64,000 nt of DNA from an uncultured Gemmatimonadales bacterium (GCA_963740175.1 CAVUDL010000003.1:7413-71412); one strand, 5' to 3'. Positions 38,834 to 49,227 are shown, counted from the first letter of the stretch. Numbers and translations are program-made. Notes: a model not told the origin generated them from the letters alone.

Positions 38834-39745
38834 TTACTCCCTCCGCACTAACGCCAGCGCCACATCGCCGACGATCTGTAAACTCCCGGGGCTCACCTTG
38901 TCCATGGTGTCCTCCGTGGTGTGCCAGGCGGGGTAATCGAAGTCTACGACGTCGATCGCGCGAATTCCGGCCTTCTGGAGCTCCAGGTGGTCATCGATCA
39001 GCGTATGACGTGGTGACGAGATGAAGTAGCCACCGTAGCCGAGATCCTTCGCCGTCCCCCACACCAGCTCGACCACCTCCGGCGCACCGACCAGCGAGTT
39101 GCCCTCCTGATACAGCTGAAGATCCTTGTCGGCCACCAAATCGAAGAGAACCGCATACAGCGGCTTGGGGCCGGGAAGCTGATGGGCCCCGTAGTAGCGA
39201 GAGCCGATCAGCACGTCGGCCGGAGCCTCGGTGAAATGACCGTAGTCCTCGCCGTCGACGAACAGGAGATCGACTCCGGCGGAGGGTGGGGTCCGCTTCA
39301 GAACATCTGCAACGCCCAGCAGCAAGGCAACGCCGGAGCCGCCATCGTTCGCTCCCAGCACGGCCTTGGTCGAGTCGCGGGAGCGAGGGCTGTCGGACAT
39401 CGGCCGACTGTCCCAGTGCGCCAGCAACAACAGGCGCTTTTCTGCCGTGGGGTTGAATCGCGCGATGAAGTTGCGAAGCGGCAGCGTGGTCTTGTCGGCG
39501 GTGACGTGGTTCCAGCTCTGTACGATGACGGTGTCGGCCCGTTGCCGCAGCAGGCTGTCCAGCCAGTCGCCCATGCGGCGGTGCGCCTCGGTCCCGGGAA
39601 CCCGGGGGCCGAAGCCCACCTGGGTCTGGATGTAGCCGAACGCCGAGGCGCCGTCGAATTCGCGCGGCGGCTTGGCCTTCTCCCTGCAGGAGACGGAGAG
39701 GACGGAGAGGATGGAGACGGCGGAGAGGTATTTGAGTCTATGCAT
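38834..39745 (-). CDS. M28-family protein resembling bacterial glutaminyl-peptide cyclotransferase
   Basis: LLLLAHWDSRP...VLGANDGGSGVALLLGVADVL...GVDLLFVDGEDYG matches the type II glutaminyl cyclase / M28 pattern. The signal peptide is encoded by repeat copy D. Confidence 0.8.
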   Translation of the reverse strand: MHRLKYLSAVSILSVLSVSCREKAKPPREFDGASAFGYIQTQVGFGPRVPGTEAHRRMGDWLDSLLRQRADTVIVQSWNHVTADKTTLPLRNFIARFNPTAEKRLLLLAHWDSRPMSDSPRSRDSTKAVLGANDGGSGVALLLGVADVLKRTPPSAGVDLLFVDGEDYGHFTEAPADVLIGSRYYGAHQLPGPKPLYAVLFDLVADKDLQLYQEGNSLVGAPEVVELVWGTAKDLGYGGYFISSPRHTLIDDHLELQKAGIRAIDVVDFDYPAWHTTEDTMDKVSPGSLQIVGDVALALVRRE

Positions 39746-39804
39746 GCCGAAACCTAATGGGGTCCCTTCTCAATCCTCTCCGTCCTGCTCCGTCCTCTCC
39801 GTCC
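39689..39804. repeat. 9-nt tandem-repeat palindrome (repeat family, copy D) spanning a start codon
   Basis: Left arm GGAGACGGAGAGGACGGAGAGGATGGAGACGGCGGAGAGG (39689-39728). Right arm CCTCTCCGTCCTGCTCCGTCCTCTCCGTCC (39775-39804). The inner 8-bp stem is 39721-39728 with 39775-39782. Confidence 0.85.
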
Positions 39805-42800
39805 TACTGATAGTCCCCCGCATAGAGCGACAACTGGAAGGTGACCATCAGAAAGATCTGCGATGTCCTGCGGCTCACGTGGCGAGCGTCGCTGATCGAG
39901 TAGCCAAACTGAAGGCCCCCGCTCAAGGTCTTGAGCAGGTCGGTGTCGAGGCCGCCGCGTAGCTCCTGGCGCCGCACATCGGACACGACGATGCACGCCG
40001 GATCCCCACCCTGCTCCAGGCACGTGAGCGTCTTGGAGGAGAGTGCCGTCAGTGTGGAGCGAACCTGTTTCCTGGTCCGGCTGATGGAAGCCGGCAATGC
40101 GAAGGAATAGTTGGCCGACCCGGTGAGATCGTCCTGATCCAGTTCGGTTGCATTGCCGTTGTTCTCGGTACGCTGGGATCGGGTGGAAAGCCCGAAGGTC
40201 AGCGCCAGACCGTTCCGGAAGGAAAGCTGCAAGTCCGGCGTCAGCGCGTAGGACGAGATGGCGCTGGTGGCCACCGTCCCGCCCCCGCTCGGCTGGGTCG
40301 AGGTGCCGTTGCGCTGCCGCAAGCCGGCTCCCGCGGCCACCAGCGTCAGAGGTCCGCCGGCAAAGGCTCGGGTCCATCGGACATTGCCCACCGGCCACTC
40401 AATTTGCCGGGTGATGATTTCAGCGAACTCGCCTCCGAGAAGCTGGAAGCGGTCCGTCCGGGTCAGCGAGTAGGACAGCGTGGCGCTGAACCCGAGCGGC
40501 AGGTCGGCCCCCGACGTCACTGTCGTGCTCCGAACCTCGGTGACGCCCCGGGCATCCTCGCCCTCGTGGGTGAGGAACTGGTCGCGTCCGCCGAGCCCCA
40601 GCATGAAGCCAAGGTCCGGGTTGAATGCCATCAAGTCGTAGGTCGAGGTGCGGCCCAGGCGGGTGGCGAAGTCCACCGGGCGCACCCGCGCGAATGCCTT
40701 CCCGATGCCGCTGCTGTCGGACCAGACCTGGCGCAGCGCCCGCCCCAGGTCGAGGGAGACTCCGATCTCCCGGTTCCGACCGTTGTTGAGGGTCTGAGGA
40801 AGGATGAAAGCGCCGCTGTCGCCCAATTCGCGGACCGGATCCCGGCTGGTCAGGGTACGGGACAACACAAAGTTGCTGGTAGTGGTGTATCGCGGGCGCA
40901 GCCATGAGTTCAAGCGTGGGGTAATCGACAGGGCAGTGCTGAACACACGGTCGCGCTCTACGCCTACCGGTATACCAAGGAAAAAGCGGCGCTCCTCATA
41001 GGCCAGCCGGCCCAGGGATGTCGAGTCAGGATAGACTCTGAGATCCCGGGTGCTGGAGAGATCGCCCGTCAACCCGATCATGCCCAGGGGCTGCCAGGTG
41101 AGACCAGCAGAATTCCGCCACAGGTGGGTGAGGGATAGCGTGGGCGTGATCAGGAAATCGTCGGGCCGGGAGACCGGCACTGCGAAGAGCGAGTAGTCGG
41201 ACTGGTTCCTGGACAGGCCGCTGCTCAGCCGCACATTTGACGGCACCAGGCTGAACGTAGCGTCCCCCAGCGCCTTGCCGCCTTCGCTCCGGCGAATCCA
41301 GTCGGGCAGCCCCTTGATGATTCCGCCGAACGGCAGCCGCGGGCCCCGGCGCTCCATCCGAAGATTGTAGCCCAGCGTGAGCGAGTATGCGTCGTTGTTC
41401 GCGTCCGAGAGCTCGGTGCGCGCGCGTCCCTGGTTCAGGATCCCCGCCAGCGAGAGTGGATCCACCACCCCTCGGACCAGCCAGCCCTTGCCCCGCTGAT
41501 TGCGCCGGATCGCGAGCGTATAGTTGCTGTTCCACGCGAGCGGCTTTCGCAGCCCCTCGAGCGCGTCACCGCGCAGGTCACTGCCGGTGAGGAGCTCGGG
41601 CGTCACGTCGCTCCGCGCATAAGCCACGGTGAGCGGAATCGACAGACCAAGACTGGTGGGCAAAAACCGGTCGAGCCGCCAGTTGGTGTTGACCTGAAAT
41701 GCGCCGGTGGTGCGATAGGTGGGGTCGCGGTTGATCTGGTGGAACTGCCCGTCCTGCTTCACGAAGGAAAAGTTCACATTCCCCACATCGGAGGCCAGCA
41801 GCCGGGCGTCCACCGCCATGGCGGCCCCCAACTCGGCGAGGGGACTGCTGAGCCGGATATCATCCACCCAGAGCTCCGCCTCGGGCACTGCCTAGGCTGC
41901 CGGCACTCCGGTAGATGCCTGCGGAGATCTCCTGGACGGCGGCAAGGTTGGGTGGATTGATTCCGGGGTCCGCGAGGTGGACCAGGTAGGGCCCATCGCA
42001 CGCCACGTAGGCATCCACGTCCAGGCTGCCGCACTCGGTTGCGCCGGAAGCGGGTGCGCCGCTCAACCAGCGATCCTCGATGTCGGCCCTGAGACTGCGC
42101 CAGACCTCGAGATCAATGGTGAACTCCGGCTCCCACGTGGTGCTACGCGCGGGTGCGCGATACATGTAGAAGTTGCTGCCATCGCTGCCCAGCTTGATGA
42201 ACGCCTGGAAGTCCCCCTGCTCCCAGCCCTCTCCCCGGCCGCGCATCCAGACCCGTAGCTGCTCGTAGCTCAGAACGTTCTGAGGACCGGTAGGGAGGCG
42301 GAGGTACGCCTCGGCACGCTCGCCCACCTCGATTCCCCGGGCAATCAGCCGCAGGGACTTCTCGTTGACCTCGGTGCCCAGCACCCGCTGGTCTCCGTCT
42401 TTCACGGAGAGTCCCTCAAACACCCCGGGCGGCGGGATGTAGCCCAGGTCCGTGGTATTCTCGGTCGAGATGACCGAGGCGATAACCTCACCACTGGGCT
42501 CCGCCGCAGTACCCGAGATACCCGCGATCGGCGCCTCGGCACGTCGAACCCAGGGCGAACCCACCAGCCGCATGCGCGCAAGCGCGAAGCGCGCGATCAC
42601 GTCCGGACCGCCCACGTCGGCCGTCCCCGCCACGGTGACTCTGAGGTGCTGGATCAGGCGCAGGCTGGGAGTGCCGATCGTCACATCGGGCGTGCGGATG
42701 GGAACCCGGTAGAGCTCCCAGACGCCAGTCGTAGCTTGGGTGATCGAGTCCTTCTGCTGCACGCCGTTCCGCACGAAGTACTTGTCTCCCGGCAGCAGCG

Positions 42801-45800
42801 TGACAACGTAGCGGAACATGCTCTCGTTGGCCCCGGTGGCGTTCAGCACGTTGTCGCCGTTCAGGTCCTCGGTGTCGAGGCTTCCGTTCCCCCGGGTGCA
42901 GCGGCCGCTCAGGTCGCCCCAGGGGAAGACCGGAACGGCGGCGCTGAGAAACCGCTCGCAGAGTGCCCCGGGCTCCGGGATCTCTTCACCCGTGACGGCG
43001 TCCACCAGCACATCCGGCCGATCTCCCAGGATCCCGATATCGTCCACCTGAGCGTCAAAGATGTCAAAGCTGCTGCGCTCGCTGTCGAGGCGTCCGGGGC
43101 CGACATACTGGCGCCCGGTGAAGACGGTATCACCGCCGGCCGTCGCAATCGTCAGCGGGGCTATCCCCAGGGCATCTTCATTGACGGTGCCGAGGTCGAA
43201 CACCAGCCGCACGCCGGCAGAGTCCGTGGTTCTGCTCTCCGGCGGACCGGGCTGAAAGACCCAGAACTCCAGGTACTCGTCCTGGGTAATGTCCACCCCG
43301 GTGGGGCTGAGCGTCGTCACCATGGAGCGCCAGCGCGGCTTCCCGGGCCGGACTGGTAAGGACCAGCGGGAGGCGTTGTTCCGCTGAACCAGGCCGCCCG
43401 CGGTGTCGGCATGGAGAGTGAGATACATCGCAGTCTCCTGCTGCTGACTGCGACCCGCAACACGTATCAGGGAATCGATGTCCTGCGCAAAGAGTTCGAC
43501 CGGCTGAGCCGACCCGCTCGAGATGGGAACCAGGTTCTGCCAGGTGAGCGCTACCGCGTCCTCCTCGTCGAACGTCCCTCCCACCACGTCAGCCACGCCA
43601 TCCGCCTGCTGAGGGCGGCTCCCAAACTCCCACGCGGTCTCACTCAGCGAGATGGGGATTCCAGCCTCGGCCTCGAACTCTTCCAGGTAGGCCTGGCCGG
43701 ACCGATTGGCGTCGGGCTTGGTGAAGGCGTACTCGGCGTTCACATCCAGACGGGACGGGGCCACGGCGGGTGAGGAGGTCAACCGGTTAAAGAACCGGGT
43801 GATCGCCATGGGCTTGAAGCTGAGCTCGGTGTTAACGCCACCGACGAGGTTCGCCGATGCCTCGAATCCGAGCGGTGGGCGATTGAAGGCGCTCTGCTCC
43901 CGCTGATACATTCCGATGAGGTTGATCGCTCCCACGTCTCCCAGGCGGTAGCGGGTGGAGAGGCCCAGGATGGTAGTGGGAGCCACGGCAAAAAGCCCTT
44001 GCTCCTCGAAGCGGGCGGTAATCTGGGCGGCTCTGGTGCCGAAAAGCGCATCGGGGTTCAGGAAGGTGACCTGGCCGAGATCGTACGAGATCGTGTAATC
44101 CACTCCCCGCTCCAGCCGCCGGCCATCGAGTAGCAGCTGTTCGCTCTTGTCCCGGATCTGCAGGGCCCCGAGACTCAGCGTAGACCGGTCACCCGCCCCG
44201 GTGGAGTTGTATTGCAGCCGGGCCTGAAACTTGGCGGGCGGACCCTGCGACAGAATCAGGTGCAGCGGCGTTCGGTACAGAGAGTCGGAACGTTCTTCGA
44301 CGGTCAACCTGGGATCGGAGAACGGTGTGAGCGTCGGAAACACGATGTAGGATTCGCGCAGAACCTGAGCGGCGTCTGGATCGCGGCTCCGGGGGAAGAG
44401 GCGGTTCTCGCGGTCGAACACATTCTGGTCGGTGGCCACGGCCAGGCCGAGGAGCGCCAGGTAGGTGGTTCCGCCGCCCAGGGGCCGTTCCGACCGGTTG
44501 ACCGAAAGGCTGAGCTGCAGCGACGCCGGATCGAGATCGGATCCGCCCGCGCGGTAGATGTGGCGCATCTCATGGCGGAAGGTGACCCACTCGGGGCCGC
44601 GTTGCGGCTGGAACACCAGCCGAAGGCTATCGCTTGAACCTTGACCGCGATCTTCCGACGGAAAGGTGCCGACCGTGGTGCCTGCCGCGGTGGTATAGCT
44701 GACCGCCAGGTGGTCGCTCGCGTCGAGCTTCGTGGCCAGCGCGAGCCAGAGACCGGACGGATCCAGGTAATAGTCCGTCCCCTGAACCAGGAGTTGCCAC
44801 CGAACCGGTCCAAACTTCTGGTTTGGGTCAATGGTCGCTGCCAGCGCGGTGATTCCGCCGAGGTTAGGGTCGGTGCCCCCCTGGCTCTGGGGCGGCCGGT
44901 ACCGGTAGACCCGGACCTGGACCGGCCGGTCATTCGGGGCCAGCGTGGCCGCCGAGAGGTCAAGGATATCGATGCCGGGGTAGCCAGGTAGGGCCGCGGT
45001 CGGGTCGATTACCCAGAAAAAGCGGCCGGTCTCGAAGTCGAGATCGCGCACTTGGCGGTCCTGCGGCTGGCTCGTCGTCTGCCCGATCGTGTAGGTGCGC
45101 TCGGCGACCTGGCTGCCCTTCTGGGTTGCGGCCAGGGTCTGGAATTCAAACGCCCCGACCTCGAACTGGGCATTCACGCCGAAATTGTTGGCGGGAATCG
45201 CAGCGGTGATGAAGCGCGACTGGGGTGGCTGGAAGCTGACGGTGCCGACTTCGATCCGACGGATAATCTCGTCTTCCAGTCCCTGGTAGTAGACTTGAAT
45301 GTTGTTGTTGGCGGTAAAGTCCCGCTCGGTGTCGTAGTCCAGGTTGACATGCACCCGACGTCCAATGGTGCCGCTCGATCGGAGGTTCACCTGATTATCG
45401 AGTCGCGGTGGTTTGAATCCGCCGCTGCAGCCGGAGTTCGGGTCAAGCAGCAGGGCCGGACTACAGCGCTCGTTGCGCAGGCGGTCGGTCCGGAGCTCGA
45501 GCCTTACTTGGCCGTCGAGTGTCAGGTCGGCATACTTCGGAGATAGTCCCAGGACGCCGCCACGTTGCTCCCGCGGCTGGGTGCTGTCAGTCGCCTGAGG
45601 CTTGGCGGCGAGGCCATATAGTAGGAGAGCGCGCTGGGCAGCGGCATGCTCGGTCCGGGCCGAATCGAGCGCGACGCTCAAGGTGCTATCCCAGACCTGG
45701 CCGCGCTGGCCGGGAGAGAGCTTGGAGGCGCCTAGCCACGGCGCCCGCAGCACTGCCGGTTGGCGCAGACTGAGCGGCGGGGCCGAAATCCGAAGGCGGA

Positions 45801-45915
45801 GTGCCGGAAGGGTGGTATCGGCCCGAGCCGAATCGGCCTGCCCAGCCAGAAGCCGCGGGAGCGTAGCAAGGCAGATCAGGGCGACGACTGAGCGCGCCAG
45901 GCTAGCGCAGGGCAA
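39804..45915 (-). pseudogene. sprA: T9SS translocon SprA-like protein (about 2035 aa), one frameshift as sequenced
   Basis: ORFs 41860-45915 and 39804-41888 are collinear with SprA (YYQGLEDEIIRRIEVGTVSF...; ELWVDDIRLS followed by a C-terminal beta-barrel). Removing one base near 41893 fuses them. Confidence 0.8.
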
Positions 45916-45928
45916 CGATATACTGGGC

Positions 45929-45956
45929 TTGAGAGTAGTGGATCGGGGAATATAAT
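45929..45956 (+). promoter_or_regulatory. sigma70-like promoter candidate for lptF
   Basis: TTGAGA, a 16-nt spacer, then TATAAT. It lies in an AT-rich divergent intergenic region and ends 41 nt before the lptF start. Confidence 0.35.
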
Positions 45957-45996
45957 TGGCCTACGAAACCCTTACAACTAGACAAGTTAGCTCTCC

Positions 45997-47499
45997 GTGA
46001 GACTCCTGAACCGCTACGTCCTGCGGCAGCTGGTCGCCCCGTTCTGCTTTGCGCTGGCGGCGCTGACCGGCTTCATGTTGATCAGTCAGGTGGCGAAGAA
46101 GTTCGGAGCCCTGGTCGGCAAGGGACTGCCCTGGTCGGTGATTACGGAGGTGTTCGTGCTGAGCCTCCCCTTCATCGTGGCTATGACGTTGCCGATGGCC
46201 GTCCTGTTGGCGGTGCTGTACACCTTCAGCCACCTGGCGGCCGACAACGAGATCACCGCCATGCGGGCCAACGGCATCAGCGTCTACCAGATTCTTGCCC
46301 CGGTTCTGGTCTGGGGTGTCTTCATGGCCACATTCAACCTCGCATTCGTGGACCAGGTCCTCCCCCGAAGCAACGCCCGGCTTCGCTCTCTCCTCATCGA
46401 TATTGGCCGTAAGAAGGCGGCGTTCGGCCTGCGCGAGCAGGTCATCAACGAGGTCCCCCCCTCGAAGTACTTCATCCGGGCCAGCCGGATCGACGCCGCT
46501 ACCGGCCGCCTGAGAGGGGTCACGATCTACGATGTAGGGGGCGAGGCCAGCCGCCGGATCATTTATGCGGACAGCGGTTCCATGGCGTATGCCGAAGGAC
46601 AAACCGACCTGAGCTTGCGCCTTTTCAATGGCTCCATCCACCAGTACCGGCCCGCGGAGCCCACGCGGTTCCAGCTGACGTATTTCACGGTCAACGACAT
46701 CCGGGTGAAAAACGTTTACGACGAGCTGCAACGAAGCACCAGCGAATCGATCCGGGGCGACCGCGAGATGAGCACATGTGAGATGCTGAATGTGGTCCGA
46801 GAAGCCCGGCACGAGCAGGTCGAGGCGCGGCAAGACCGGCGCGAGCTGGTCTTCCGGGACCTACGGCTACTTCTGGCGCTGCCCGCCTTACCTCCAGTGC
46901 CGCCATCCGCCCCCGACACTACCGGCCACGGCTACTGCGACTGGCTCAAATCGGTACAGACACTGGTCCTTCCGGGGACGGCCGAAGCCCAAGCTCCAGC
47001 ACAGGTTCAGACCCCCAAGCTGCCCGGTCCTCCCCGGGGGAAACTGAGGCTGTCCAACTGGTCCGAGGTGGCCACCGCGGCTGACCGGGTACGCGAGGCG
47101 GACCGGAGGGCGGACCGCTATGCGGTGGAAGTCCATAAGAAGTGGGCCATCAGCATGGCCTGCATCACCTTCGTCATCATTGGCATCGTGATGGCCCTGC
47201 GGTTCCCCCGGGGAGGAATCGGGCTGGTCATCGGCGGGGGGCTTCTGGTCTTCTCCATCCACTATGTGGGCCTGACCGCAGGCGAGAGCCTGGCCGACCG
47301 GGGGCACGTGGCGCCCTGGGCCGCCATGTGGGCGCCCAACATAGCATTGACCATCCTGGGAGTGCTGGGGCTGCTCTGGGTGAGCCGCGAGTCCGGGTCG
47401 ACTCGGGGCGGAGACTTCCGCGAGATGATCGAGGGCCTAGCGCACCTGGGCCGCCGACTCCAGGCGGCGACGCTCCGGCGCCTGGGGAGGGTGGAGTGA
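45997..47499 (+). CDS. lptF: LptF/LptG-family LPS export permease (with a long periplasmic insert)
   Basis: MRLLNRYVLRQLVAPFCFALAALTGFMLI is the YjgP/YjgQ N-terminal signature. Six TM helices are predicted. Confidence 0.8.
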   Translation: MRLLNRYVLRQLVAPFCFALAALTGFMLISQVAKKFGALVGKGLPWSVITEVFVLSLPFIVAMTLPMAVLLAVLYTFSHLAADNEITAMRANGISVYQILAPVLVWGVFMATFNLAFVDQVLPRSNARLRSLLIDIGRKKAAFGLREQVINEVPPSKYFIRASRIDAATGRLRGVTIYDVGGEASRRIIYADSGSMAYAEGQTDLSLRLFNGSIHQYRPAEPTRFQLTYFTVNDIRVKNVYDELQRSTSESIRGDREMSTCEMLNVVREARHEQVEARQDRRELVFRDLRLLLALPALPPVPPSAPDTTGHGYCDWLKSVQTLVLPGTAEAQAPAQVQTPKLPGPPRGKLRLSNWSEVATAADRVREADRRADRYAVEVHKKWAISMACITFVIIGIVMALRFPRGGIGLVIGGGLLVFSIHYVGLTAGESLADRGHVAPWAAMWAPNIALTILGVLGLLWVSRESGSTRGGDFREMIEGLAHLGRRLQAATLRRLGRVE

Positions 47500-48620
47500 T
47501 CAAGATCCGGCAGGCCCTGAGGCACTTGCTCCCTACCCGCCGGCTCCGACAGCTGGATCGCTACGTGCTCAGCAGCTGGATTCGCCTGTTCGTGCTGGCC
47601 GCTTTGGGGCTGCCGCTGGTGGCGATCTTCTTCAACCTCACCGACATGCTGAGCAAGCTGTTGGACCGGGGTCTGACCATGAAGGAGATCACCATCAGCT
47701 ACGTGTACGCCCTCCCGGAGTACGCGTTTCTGGTTATGCCTGCCGCGGTGCTCTTTGCCACGGTGTTCACGGTGGTCAGCATGAGCCGCCACTCGGAGCT
47801 CACCGCGGCCAAGGCCGGGGGCCAAAGCTTTCACCGGATCATGCAGCCGTTGTTCATCGCAGCGGGCCTGGCCGTGGTCCTGACATTCGGCGTAGGCGAA
47901 CTGGCACCGTGGGCGACGGCTCGGCAGCTCGAGATCCAGAAGGCCAAACAGGCACGTCCCACCCGGTCGCGCTTCAACTTCGTGTACAGCGGTGACGCGG
48001 GCTGGGTGTACACCGTCCGCTCGCTGGATGTGGCCAACCGCCAGCTGAAGCAGGTGATGTTCGAGCGGCAGGGCACCGGGCTCGACTACCCAGGACTGGT
48101 TCTCACGGCGGACAGCGCGACCTATGACGACTCGCTCAAGAGCTGGCGGCTGCGCACCGGTGCCAGCCGCGTGATTGCCGGGCCCGGCAGACAGGCGACG
48201 TTCAGCTTCCGCACGATGCGCCTCCGAGCACTTCGTCAGTCACCGGGAGACCTGCTGGCGGAGTCGAAGGGTCCCGACGAGATGCGGTATGCGGAGCTGG
48301 GTCGGTATATCGAGGCCCTGCAGCGCTCCGGCAACGATGCCAATAAGCTGATCGTCGAACAGGCGCTCAAGCTGGCCCTCCCGGCGACGTGTCTCATCAT
48401 CGCCTTGTTCGGCGCACCGCTTGCGATCAGTGCACCACGGGCGGGCCCCGCTGTCGGAGTGGCCATCAGCCTGGGCACGGCGCTGATCTTTCTGCTGCTC
48501 ACCCAACTCACCAAGGCAATCGGGTCGGGCGGTGTCATCAACCCACTGGTGGCCGCCTGGTTCCCCAACGTGATCTTTCTGTTCGCGGGACTGGTGCTTC
48601 TGGCGAGGGTGAGGACGTAG
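47496..48620 (+). CDS. lptG: LptF/LptG-family LPS export permease
   Basis: LDRYVLSSWIRLFVLAALGLPLVAIFFNLTD is a YjgP/YjgQ signature. I place the GTG start at 47496, overlapping the lptF stop (GTGA). The ORF-track extension upstream is rejected. Confidence 0.8.
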   Translation: MIKIRQALRHLLPTRRLRQLDRYVLSSWIRLFVLAALGLPLVAIFFNLTDMLSKLLDRGLTMKEITISYVYALPEYAFLVMPAAVLFATVFTVVSMSRHSELTAAKAGGQSFHRIMQPLFIAAGLAVVLTFGVGELAPWATARQLEIQKAKQARPTRSRFNFVYSGDAGWVYTVRSLDVANRQLKQVMFERQGTGLDYPGLVLTADSATYDDSLKSWRLRTGASRVIAGPGRQATFSFRTMRLRALRQSPGDLLAESKGPDEMRYAELGRYIEALQRSGNDANKLIVEQALKLALPATCLIIALFGAPLAISAPRAGPAVGVAISLGTALIFLLLTQLTKAIGSGGVINPLVAAWFPNVIFLFAGLVLLARVRT

Positions 48621-48699
48621 CGGGGCAGCGGGTAGCGGGTAGCGGGTAGCGGGTAAGCGGGGCAGCGGGGCAGCGGGGCAGCGGGGCAGCGGGGCAGCG
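48621..48699. repeat. tandem G-rich repeats, left arm of copy E
   Basis: (GCGGGTA)x3-4 followed by (GCGGGGCA)x5. The array starts directly after the lptG stop. Twenty-seven nt are the exact reverse complement of 49189-49216. Confidence 0.9.
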
Positions 48700-48724
48700 T
48701 ATCGGGTTCGACGAGGGCTTTCGG

Positions 48725-49051
48725 TCAATAGCTCGGTACAGACCCACATGTAAGACGACCGGCGTGATCGCGCAGGGCCTCAATCTCTCCCCAACCTTCC
48801 GCTTTCAGATATCCCAGATCTCGAGCCAAGAGCAGGATATAGGAAAGCTCGGAAAGCGAGCCTAAGACTGATATCCAATAGCGCCGGAATTCGCGAGCGC
48901 CGCGCTTAGCTGAGCCTTCGGCGATGTTTGCAGCAGCAGAATAGGCTGCCCGCTCGGCTTGCGATGTCAGCCCGTACTGTTCTGTTCGCTGGCCAAGTCC
49001 TTGAGTGATGCGATAAACAGTCACAGCACAAGCTCGTGGCACGCAGCCCAT
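48725..49051 (-). CDS. four-helix-bundle protein (23S rRNA intervening-sequence protein family)
   Basis: QYGLTSQAERAAYSAAANIAEGSAKRGAREFRRYWISVLGSLSELSYILLLARDLGYL matches the LtsQlrRAa.Si..NIAEG...GS..E pattern of this family. G+C is visibly lower than in the neighbouring genes. Confidence 0.8.
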   Translation of the reverse strand: MGCVPRACAVTVYRITQGLGQRTEQYGLTSQAERAAYSAAANIAEGSAKRGAREFRRYWISVLGSLSELSYILLLARDLGYLKAEGWGEIEALRDHAGRLTCGSVPSY

Positions 49052-49188
49052 GACTTGAGTCTCTCATGCCGTTTGCCATCTCTCATCGGCGCTGTTTCCG
49101 CGCGAGCTCCCATACCAGCTAGAGTAGCTAGCCGCGGCCGGGTTTTCCCCATCTATCTAGCGCACTTTGTACCTCAGTCGTGCGGGTC

Positions 49189-49216
49189 TCTGCCCCGCTG
49201 CCCCGCTGCCCCGCTG
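49189..49216. repeat. tandem C-rich repeats, right arm of copy E
   Basis: (TGCCCCGC)x3 is complementary to the (GCGGGGCA) array at 48659-48698. It ends 12 nt before the nadB ATG. Confidence 0.9.
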
Positions 49217-49227
49217 TATATTTAGCC

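Noticed and set aside
41860-41893. Programmed ribosomal frameshifting or deliberate gene splitting in sprA, pilC and the ABC transporter.
   Set aside because: No slippery heptamer or downstream pseudoknot is evident. The breaks occur at unrelated sequence contexts in many genes, and each is repaired by removing one base. Consensus error is the more economical explanation.
48621-48699. Possible CRISPR array, suggested by the short tandem repeats here and at 8750, 14808, 39689 and 54176.
   Set aside because: The units are 7-9 nt and directly abutting with no spacers. The arrays are under 90 nt, and no cas genes are present.
48700-48724. A tRNA-like GGGTTCGA string (and GGATTCGAATC at about 24670).
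   Set aside because: No acceptor or T-stem complementarity and no cloverleaf can be drawn. The second site lies inside an ORF. I found no tRNA, rRNA or tmRNA in the window.
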